Part shown: positions 53,001-60,000 of the stretch, one piece after another | How positions within the stretch are numbered: position 1 is the first letter of the stretch | Layout: each line of letters begins with the position of its first letter | Assembly: GCF_037042905.1 (NCBI RefSeq) | Contig: NC_087251.1 | Location: 47,556,001-47,616,000, forward strand | Reading direction: 5' to 3' | DNA: 60,000 nucleotides | From: Lytechinus pictus | Lineage: Eukaryota | Translations under genes and position numbers: made by a program | The notes under the pieces: model-generated | What the model was told of the DNA's origin: nothing | The model's database searches: none | The model's input: only the letters and a program-made list of their open reading frames with translations

Positions 53001-56000
53001 TTGACTAATATTACACGGTGACGAAAGAGGGCCCAGTGCAGTGCAGTGAGTGGGCTCTGGCTCACTTCGCCGCAGGCCTGAGCTCCCTGGCACGAAGAAG
53101 AATTGTACAGGAAACCCGCGCATGCGCGATACGCTCGTTCGATCGCCAGCGTAGTGCGTGACGTCATGTTTCATTCACAAATCTTGAGCTGTGATCTCAT
53201 TGGGTGTTTTGGCTCTCATTTGCATATTTTCCCATAATACAAAACCTATGTAGTGCGAGAAGTTTCTCTGCGAACCATCGATCAACTTCATACTAAACAC
53301 GACGTATTTCCTTCAAGATTTCGAGTTGAAAATCTCATTTTCTTCATACGGTGTAGCTACATTACCTCGGAAAATCTGATGATATTTTGCGGACTTCTCG
53401 TCATTTGGTAAGTCATATTTTTGAAGATATTTACCGTCGAGTAGTGAAAATCGCATGACTGTGTTCGTTGTTTACTGTGTATCAATGTGTGCAAAGTGTA
53501 TGTTAGCGACATGTATGGGTACAAAGCGACATACGGAAAACCGTCTACACCGATGTTGATTTTGTGGACTGTTTTGCGGTGGTGTTTGTGCTAGCCCGCA
53601 TTGGTGTATTTCAAGCATGGCGAGCGTTACGTTGTGATCGGGCTTCGCTCGGGTGTTCGTGAAGAGCCGTGGAATGCGTGTGGAGCTCGGCCATGCGGCC
53701 TTGGGGCGTGAATATAATGAATGGCAGCTGCACCTGTTGTTTGTATGCCTCTGAAATTGAAGCTCTCTTTCTATTTATGGCATGGCGAATATCCTAGTGT
53801 TTTAGGAATATAAGTTTGGGCATTTTATTTGTTGGAACTTTCGTGATACTGATTTTACTTCTAAAACTGGACACTGATTTTTTTTTTTTCGGTAAAGCCA
53901 GGGACAATCAATGGAATTGTTGAGACATGATAATATCATAGAGCTATAGCTCTATGATAATATCAATAATTATAGACCCTATAGAAATACAGGAAATTAA
54001 ATTGAAAAATAATGCAAATTATAATCACTGAAGTGTGGATGTGTACCAAATTTATATGGATGGAGATTGATTTTGATTTTGTTTCCTTCAGTATTTTTAA
54101 AATTTTTATTTATTTAAAATTTTTAAAAATCACTGGCGGATCCGGGGGGGGGGGGGGGGGGGGGGCACAGCCGGCCCGTGCGCCCCCCCCCCCCGGATCC
54201 GCCAGTGATTTTTATTGTTCTTTCATTTGTTCACCCATGATCACGAATGTTTTCATAATGCATACATGTACCTCACGATTTTTTAAAAAATACGATTCTA
54301 AATGTTATGAAAATAGTTCGACAGGCCTAATTCTTTTTGCATACCACACTCATGGAGCTACTGTTGCTACTCTGCATCAGCGTGTAGTGTGCGAGAGGGG
54401 GGGGGTAGGATGGTCGCAAAGAGCGATCGAGCAAAAGAGAAAGTGGTCCATAAATGAAGAGGGGATGTTGAGAATTGAGATCATGTGTGTGTGTTGGGGG
54501 GGGGGGATGTTCGAAGCGAATGTTGTCACTGCTGATTACGATGATGGTTGATTAATCTTTACATCTTAATTTTGGCGATTTTGGAAATGTTTTCTTGTAC
54601 CATGGGTGGGGAGAGGTGAGTGATTCAGTAAGTTTCCATAGAAGTGCAGTTTTAAAGTTACAGAAGAGGATTTCACCCAATGACGCTGACGGGAATTCGG
54701 GAAACACCATTTTCAAGCAATACTACACGATCACGTGCCATCGGCTTTAGGGCCGAGTGTTCTCGTTCACATTCCAACTATCATTTCATAAATAGGCACT
54801 CTTACAAATTAGGCCGATGCCGTTGTAAAGATAACTATTTTTGAAGCGTTATTCAGATATATATAAAGACAATTGAAATTGAACAATTCATCGAAATTTC
54901 CAACGATATTCAAATACAAATAGTATCAACTCGTGTAGATCTATAGGGGTGAACAGACGAAATACATGCTCCTAAACGTTCAGACAAATCAATTAACTTG
55001 ATATCTATATCTTTCGATGAATTGTTCAATTCCATCAGAAATATGCTTCTTGAAGTCAGATTGTTGAATGTGAACTTCTATTGGAATCTGTTGAATCACG
55101 TACCCCTCCCGATCCAAGGTATAGATTTCCCAATCACCATAGATAACATACGGTTACATATACGGTATCTTATTTACATTGTTAGGTACTGACGATATCT
55201 TCATAAATACATTCACAATTATTTCATGAAATGTCACCATTGCCGTGGCTGTGACATTTAAAGCCTGAAAGCTATTACATAAGATATTGTTTGCACTTTG
55301 ATATAATAGAGGTCAGATATATTCTTGTCATCTAATATAAACATTCCATTATTATGCACCATGTTTCAAAATGGGTAAGAAAATTACATTACCATCAGCA
55401 TCCAGATATAAATTAGTCCATGATTAGACCAGGGAGATCGGAGTCTACCCCCTTTTTTTGGAATTTCTATTTTCTCAGCACATCGAAGTGAGGAAAAACC
55501 ACCAAAAACCCTATATTGGTATTAAATGATAACCATTTATTGTAAACAACGTTTAGGACTGGGGGAATTGGGGGAGAGGGTATGGGGAGGGAGAGTATTT
55601 CATTTTCCAATAAAATGCAAAATTATAATATTTTCGTGAACATGAACAAATAAACAAAAAGTTAATAGCTCAATATCTTTATTGAATTGTTCAGTAGAAC
55701 AATAATACTAGCTCTAATATTGTTAAAAACATTTCAGTCATTGTAATTACATGTGTTTCATCAATCTCAATATATTGACAATGAAAATAATTTTTTAATA
55801 TAGAAAATATATTTTATATGACTATTGTGAATTTTAAATAATCCCATTTTAGATCGTTGATTAAACCACCTTTCTGTAAACAATCACTTTGATATCTCCT
55901 GTAAAATCAATTTTAGATAAAAAAATATTTTCTGTTAAAATTGATTTCTAAGATTCCTGTCTGAAAGTTGATGAAACACCTTAGCTCGAGTAAAAATGCA

Positions 56001-59000
56001 TAATACAAAGATATTGAATACTCAAACTAGTGCTGCAAGTCAGGCGCCATGTTCGGGTTCGGTTCGGTTCGGCAAGGTTCGGCAGAAATTTGCCGAACAT
56101 TGGTTCGGTTCGGGGTTCGGTAATGATAGACTGATAAGCTATAGTTCATTCAGGTATACGTAGCGTACCGGTAGACAATTTGTACTTGATTGACTGCATG
56201 TGCTCGCGCGTACCTCTGTCACATCAAACCATTTTATCTCTATCTTGTTGACATGAAACTATGAAAGTTATAGCGCTCAACGAATCAACTGTTATCTCGA
56301 ATTTGATTATCTGATGACAGATTTATTGGGTAACTCACAGTTCTAAAATTGCGACTCTTCCTAGTCGTCCATACCTGGACCACACTTTGGATACTTGCCA
56401 AATTAACTACGCTCGCGATCGCACTCGTACCGTACCCGTACCAGCTAGGCCAGCGCATGCAGTCCCCTTGTAGCGGGACTCTGAGCTCATGAATATTTAT
56501 ATACTATACAGTCTAGTCCGGCCAAACGTGATTGGCAATTGCATCACATACGAGGCGGCCAGCGCCAGTGCATGCAGTGCACTGAACTGTAGGCATAGTA
56601 GGGCCAGGGGCGTGTCGAAGAAAGCGTGCTTATGTAATGCGCCTTTCGCTAATTGGCTCGATGGGTGAACTAAACCACCAATCGCATGTCGCTGATTGTC
56701 GCATCGGTACATACAGCCACGTGCTTTGTCTGCTCGCGAAACTCAGCTCACTGATTGAAGAGCAATTCCCGAGATTTCTATGATTTCATTGGTCAGATTT
56801 CATTCGACCATGAACATACAGACCAAGTGGGATGCAAAGTTTGGACAGGGGGAGTAGAGTGATCATCGAATTGTTTATGGTTAATTTGAGAAGTTGATAA
56901 GAAAGGGGAAAAAAGTAAAGATTGGGGGTCATTTCCCCCCAAGAGATGAATGTTTCCGCATGGCTTTATCTTCATTCAACTTGTCAACGAGGGGAAGTGG
57001 ATCTTGCTATATGCTATACCGTAATCATTCATGAGTGTTTGATTTTTATTTTCATCTGATTGTTAATAATAAAAAAGATAACTTCACCTCATCTCATTTC
57101 TATATTATTTGTTTTGCGTCTCTCCTTTTCATCTGTAACAGTCACTCACTTTATTTCCCACTTTCACTGGATCTCTCGTTTTCAAAACTCTTTACTTCTC
57201 TCTAAAATCATGAAAACTAGACAGTACTGTAGCGAGCCGACACCTCAATAATAATGTCAATCATCTCAATCAGATCTTTATTCTCCGCGCCGCCGCAACA
57301 ATACACGAGTTACGATCTTAATCACATCGTATCGTAATTCGTAATATTAATGGTACTTCATCTTTCACTTTCGGTTTATTGAGCTCGTTCATTCAAAATA
57401 CTTTGAAGATTTTCAAACAAGAATCTTGTTCGCCACCTAAAAACAACAATATTTTAGATAATTAGATTTAACCAATGAACACTCATACAGTTTTGGTTTT
57501 CTTTACCATGCTTCGGCGATTCGGCCACAGAGCGAGAGATGATGAAAGCCAGTAAAATGATTATAGCGCAAGCTCGCGCAACATCATTCATCGGATCTCA
57601 TTTCTTAATCAGGGCCGTAAAAACCACAATGTCAACATGAAAATGAAAACAAAATCTAGTAACCGCAAAATAAGCGCGTACTTCCAACATACAATTGCAA
57701 AGAAGATTAAATAGAGAATGCGCAAATATAATGATTAGAAAGGGTGTAAACTTATAAATTTGTTAGCTGAAAGCCGTTTTTTTTTTTTTTTTGCCGAACT
57801 TCCGAACCAAGTCTTAGTGTTCGGTTCGGTTCTGTTCGGTTCGGAAGTGCCATGTTCGGCGAACTACCGTTCGGTTCGGCGGTTCGGCTACAGCACTAAC
57901 TCAAACTCTTATAATGATATTGTCCAGCAAAACAGAAAATTGTCAAATAGTTAATGAAAAATAATTGAATTATAAACCAACAATTAAGTCAAATAGAATA
58001 TGAAAATTATAACACACAATCACGTCACATTCGTTCTCACTCTCGTAGCTGTAGGATGGGGGGGGGGGGGTTGGGCGTCCGGACACTATATTTTTGAAGC
58101 CTTCTTTTTTGTCTTTGCATTACACTAAAAGTATGAATTCAAGGGTTGTAATCATCTTGTTCTCCATAATATTTCCTAATATCTTGTATTAAAAATTGAT
58201 GAAACTTCGCTTGTAAATTTTTCCAAATGACTTTCTAAAATTGATCGTCCGGACACACTACCTGTCCATACAACTGGGTAGACTCATGCTAGTCTAGAAG
58301 CACTCCCACACTCCAGACAAAGTGTCACAAGTACATGAATTCTCGTAAGCACACAGAAAATACAACTTATAATATGCTCTAATAAAATGTACTGCCTTTC
58401 AGGGTTCAAACATCCTACAAATACACTCTTTTAGAACATCAAATGATTCTATTAAAAAACAAAGTTAATTTACAGGACATTAATATACATGTATGAAGTC
58501 TGCGCCAAGCATCTAATCATAAGGCAGTCTACCAGGAAATTCATCTATCGCGGGGGCAACGCAGAATTCAGTACAGACAAGTATACATGTACATTATAAA
58601 TACGCTGTGCACTGTACTCTATGCAAATACAATTTATGAAAGCGGCCTTCGGCCTTGCGTAACCAGATGAAAACCACATGTTTTGCTTAGACTTCGGACA
58701 CTGCCTGCCGAAGTGCCGATATCATCCGAACATGCGCCCGAAATCTACACGCTGGCATCTTTACAGAGTGTTGTGCTCCGTGAGTCAGCCGATCGCGCGG
58801 TGTAAAGATTCTCACACACAGCGCTGGGCGAGGAAGGGAAGAGGGTCGCGCGATCAGCCAATCAGCGTGCAGGGAATCCGTCTACTGTGTGCCTATGGGG
58901 AAAGTTCTATGTGCCTGGGTTAACCCTGAACATGATCATATTGCTCATCTCACTATATATATAGACAGCTGGCAGCCGTCTGTTTCGAGGAGTTTTTTAA

Positions 59001-59782
59001 CATTTTTTTATTTTTTAAATTTCTCCTCATACACAGACGGCTTGCTATCGTGCAGCCACCATTAGGGGACTTACAATGCAAAATCCCCCCGTCGGGGCTC
59101 TTAAATTTTTGTCTTTAATGAATCAAACTTTTGAAAATTAACGCGACCGAAATGCAAATTAATATTCCCTCTTGGGCTTGGCATTAATTGCCAAAAAACG
59201 GGGAAAATCAAGTTAAATGGAACAAAAACAGTGACTTACCTCGGCTGTCGCGCAACTTCACTGCCCTGTTTTATCCGAACTTAATACACATAAACATATG
59301 CCATGGCCATCATGGCCATTGGCATTGAGTCCCCTGTACAGATCGCGCTAGAACTTCGGTCTCTGTATTTGGTGAGTGAAGCCAACGGAGTTCAGCTGAA
59401 CAACTAACATAATAGAGACCGAAGCTTTTGGTCTAATCTCACTAATAAAATCTCGAATGACGTAGACCGCGATCACACCACTGCACACTCATCCTACGAA
59501 CGAGGACGAGGTTATAAAATATAAATCTACTAAGTTCTGCACAAGATTAGCCTAGCTCATCGACTGTAAAGTCAAACAACACACACAATCTAATTTATGG
59601 GACATCACAAAATAATTTTGTGCAACAAACTGAATTACACTGGGCTAAATATGCATTAGAGAACGGTTCAAAATATCATTAGTGTTATAAAAAGTAATCA
59701 AGGTACATACATCATCATTCTGATTCACATCAGTCGTGGAATTTTTGGTCTTGATCTTCTTTTTCATGTTTTTCGTCTTCAT
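27479..59782 (-). CDS. CEBPZ: CCAAT/enhancer-binding protein zeta (NOC1/MAK21 ribosome biogenesis factor), 24 coding exons, about 1104 aa
   Basis: All exons GT-AG and phase-consistent (3315 nt). Motifs SGALSDKVAAL, DRFYSALYRKLLDP, AFVKRLLQV, YDPLARNP, HFHPSVALFA, GNPLQDFT..FLDRFVYKNPK, KQLRWEMDRD. Confidence 0.95.
27702..28047 (+). mobile_element. tRNA-derived SINE
   Basis: A box gtggtgtagtgg, B box gttcgaatccc, core gccactctcgacccaggtg, (att)n tail; paralog at 48972-49340. Confidence 0.85.
28238..28856. repeat. 52-bp minisatellite, about 12 copies
   Basis: Unit caccactaggtcttaatggttagatgaactgtttatgtaccagattgtcaaa, no spacers. Confidence 0.95.
29318..29560 (-). ncRNA. Candidate intronic H/ACA-type structured RNA
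   Basis: Stem gtgatgt/acatcac, then H box AGATTA, short hairpin, ACA plus 3 nt; upstream multi-stem domain. Confidence 0.35.
29632..29710 (-). CDS. CEBPZ: CEBPZ exon 23
   Basis: ISSMIDENVGSKFDVGLNALANKDKA. Confidence 0.9.
29814..30316. mobile_element. TTAA-flanked MITE (same family as 15819-16392)
   Basis: aggacaagtccac ... gtggacttgactt termini, TTAA both sides. Confidence 0.8.
31222..31334 (-). CDS. CEBPZ: CEBPZ exon 22
   Basis: DEEPTPVTSNKRK...GDVTEQ, phase 1/0. Confidence 0.8.
31580..32225. repeat. Complex (CAT)n tract in CEBPZ intron 21
   Basis: Trinucleotide low-complexity sequence homologous to 1-520. Confidence 0.95.
32240..32442 (-). CDS. CEBPZ: CEBPZ exon 21
   Basis: EFQKKTSKKSKK...acidic tract...FEMSDE. 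Confidence 0.85.
33024..33075 (-). CDS. CEBPZ: CEBPZ exon 20
   Basis: DEMEGNLEDDEDIDFAG. Confidence 0.85.
33099..33280. repeat. 47-bp minisatellite, about 4 copies
   Basis: Unit cat(a/t)catgaaaacacatgtaagactatggaatgctaaagtggaggaa. Confidence 0.9.
33443..33684 (-). CDS. CEBPZ: CEBPZ exon 19
   Basis: FFSQKDQK...SVDDEEFDRIL. Confidence 0.9.
34460..34592 (-). CDS. CEBPZ: CEBPZ exon 18
   Basis: GKESVMQPK...PVNSKGF...VPIDEMFFHR. Confidence 0.9.
34623..34920 (-). mobile_element. tRNA-derived SINE
   Basis: Minus strand gttgtggtccagcgg, gttcgaatccc, core ccacattgtgctgcactcaacccagg, (att)n tail. Confidence 0.8.
35408..35561 (-). CDS. CEBPZ: CEBPZ exon 17
   Basis: LSKHFHPSVALFA...FLDRFVYKNPK. Confidence 0.95.
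35971..36053 (-). CDS. CEBPZ: CEBPZ exon 16
   Basis: GYDPLARNPLHS...WELKV. Confidence 0.92.
36890..37052 (-). CDS. CEBPZ: CEBPZ exon 15 (alternative same-phase donor at 36902)
   Basis: DDEDEHFMD...ASWVH. Confidence 0.85.
38040..38168 (-). CDS. CEBPZ: CEBPZ exon 14
   Basis: AFVKRLLQVCSWQQPPF. Confidence 0.93.
38665..38806 (-). CDS. CEBPZ: CEBPZ exon 13
   Basis: DRFYSALYRKLLDP...NRVK. Confidence 0.95.
38971..39082 (-). CDS. CEBPZ: CEBPZ exon 12
   Basis: EQLDTLLKVVH...FNTSIQALLL. Confidence 0.92.
39410..40000. repeat. TGACCTTTGACC-family interspersed repeat with internal tandem units
   Basis: aacaagagtgtc start, about 3 units, acggacagac...atacatcccgtc...gggcgtataaaaa end. Confidence 0.75.
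40183..40267 (-). CDS. CEBPZ: CEBPZ exon 11
   Basis: KMLSAVITGVHRAFPY. Confidence 0.93.
40594..41007. mobile_element. MITE with about 35-bp TIRs (Harbinger-like)
   Basis: ggcgaccgcacaccttacgactggtctgcgaccc / gggtcgcagaccagtcgtaaggtgtgcggtggcc, flanked by TTAA. Confidence 0.8.
41189..41602. mobile_element. MITE with CAGACCTG termini
   Basis: cagacctgccaacc / ggttagcaggtctg, flanking direct repeat ctattg. Confidence 0.7.
41870..41966 (-). CDS. CEBPZ: CEBPZ exon 10
   Basis: YYAVCFLNQ...YLSFFK. Confidence 0.93.
42057..42090 (+). ncRNA. Hammerhead ribozyme core (Penelope-type minimal HHR), probably degenerate
   Basis: CTGATGA-t-GACCAG(aacacg)CTGGTC-GAAAC-GTC; helix I poorly paired. Confidence 0.5.
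42430..42514 (-). CDS. CEBPZ: CEBPZ exon 9
   Basis: HSMMKIVVVQAVEELLFRPNINTKAQ. Confidence 0.92.
42892..42976 (-). CDS. CEBPZ: CEBPZ exon 8
   Basis: LIVNKVGDPDYKVASKA. Confidence 0.93.
43831..43920 (-). CDS. CEBPZ: CEBPZ exon 7
   Basis: KMLQDTV...NRPEEEK. Confidence 0.92.
44539..45278. mobile_element. piggyBac-like non-autonomous element
   Basis: TTAA-CCCTAAAC ... GTTAGGG-TTAA, subterminal gggggttgaatcaaccccc motifs. Confidence 0.75.
45295..45420 (-). CDS. CEBPZ: CEBPZ exon 6 (NAGNAG acceptor, alternative start 45423)
   Basis: RDKQVLLWFFEDQLKQKY. Confidence 0.92.
46167..46423 (-). CDS. CEBPZ: CEBPZ exon 5
   Basis: WMQTVAKSGALSDKVAAL...LLPSNRKLKTF. Confidence 0.93.
47224..47670. mobile_element. 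Tc1/mariner-like MITE
   Basis: tacaaggggaagatcggaca / tgtccgatcatccccttgta TIRs. Confidence 0.65.
47802..48136. mobile_element. Two adjacent short palindromic MITEs
   Basis: ggtgggtgtttcat...atgaaacacccacc and ggggagcgtttcat...atgaaacgctcccc. Confidence 0.75.
48517..48625 (-). CDS. CEBPZ: CEBPZ exon 4
   Basis: YLDYATKLYDQEVE. Confidence 0.88.
48972..49340 (+). mobile_element. tRNA-derived SINE (paralog of 27702-28047)
   Basis: Same A/B boxes, core and (att)n tail. Confidence 0.85.
49492..49921 (-). CDS. CEBPZ: CEBPZ exon 3 (Lys/Ser-rich)
   Basis: 430 nt open, phase 2/0, ends LLPTGVKWHSIQ. Confidence 0.85.
50005..50580. repeat. TGACCTTTGACC-family repeat
   Basis: Units nearly identical to 6825-7610. 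Confidence 0.85.
50875..51005 (-). CDS. CEBPZ: CEBPZ exon 2
   Basis: EELSGL...EINDVIRKLKLD, comparable to human ELEAFIQNLNL. Confidence 0.8.
54131..54207. mobile_element. Minimal hairpin MITE
   Basis: cactggcggatccggg...cccggatccgccagtg. Confidence 0.7.
56028..57898. mobile_element. Non-autonomous hAT-like transposon
   Basis: TAGTGCTG/CAGCACTA termini, 8-bp TSD ACTCAAAC, subterminal (GTTCG)n arrays. Confidence 0.85.
58956..59435 (+). mobile_element. Non-autonomous element with 9-bp TSD (ATCTCACTA), copy 2
   Basis: Homologous to 18573-19471; direct repeat at 58947-58955 and 59436-59444. Confidence 0.8.
59711..59782 (-). CDS. CEBPZ: CEBPZ putative exon 1 (MKTKNMKKKIKTKNSTTDVNQNDD)
   Basis: ATG, GTATGT donor, phase 0 matches exon 2, adjacent to promoter motifs; little sequence similarity to support it. 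Confidence 0.65.
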
Positions 59783-59920
59783 TTCTGCTCACGTGTAGTC
59801 AATGTGGATGACGTCATTAACAATATGAATATTCATTTCTTCAAATTGTGTGCAACTACTGCCGCTGCAAGCAAGAAGAGCTTTTGACTCGCTTTTGTTT
59901 TTGAGAGATAATCACTGGGA
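59783..59920. promoter_or_regulatory. Bidirectional promoter CEBPZ/ARL2
   Basis: E-box CACGTG 59790-59795, CRE TGACGTCA 59809-59816, palindrome atgaatattcat, between divergent ATGs. Confidence 0.65.
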
Positions 59921-59985
59921 ATGGGATTGCTAACAATTCTAAAGAAGATGAGACAGAAGGAGAAGGAGATGCGAATCCTCATGCT
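59921..59985 (+). CDS. ARL2: ADP-ribosylation factor-like 2, exon 1 (gene continues beyond the window)
   Basis: [22 protein letters not shown] vs human ARL2 [22 protein letters not shown]; followed by GTATCCTTT donor. Confidence 0.9.
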
Positions 59986-60000
59986 GTATCCTTTATTAAG

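Overview
AT-rich, repeat-dense animal genomic DNA. It is most likely a sea urchin or other echinoderm, inferred from the repeat families and deuterostome-like proteins. Most entries in the ORF track are spurious. The real genes are spliced and were reconstructed by hand from GT-AG boundaries and reading-frame continuity. (1) Two 5' exons of an unidentified minus-strand gene at the left edge. (2) A two-exon GON7/C14orf142-like KEOPS subunit gene (minus). (3) Divergent from it, LYSET/TMEM251 (plus, single coding exon). (4) A complete 24-exon CEBPZ/NOC1/MAK21 gene (minus, 59782->27479, about 1104 aa). (5) Exon 1 of ARL2 (plus), head-to-head with CEBPZ across a 138-bp gap and followed by a U12-type donor (GTATCCTTT). 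The rest is a 5'-truncated CR1-group LINE, tRNA-derived SINEs, many non-autonomous DNA transposons (several with verifiable TSDs, some nested), minisatellites and (CAT)n tracts. The most notable non-obvious signals are a candidate intronic H/ACA-type structured RNA, a hammerhead-ribozyme core, a 20-bp palindromic transposon footprint with TSD, a TIR-less element family with 9-bp TSDs, tandem copies of the CEBPZ C-terminus in its 3' UTR, a decayed duplicate CEBPZ exon, and GON7-LYSET linkage as in human.
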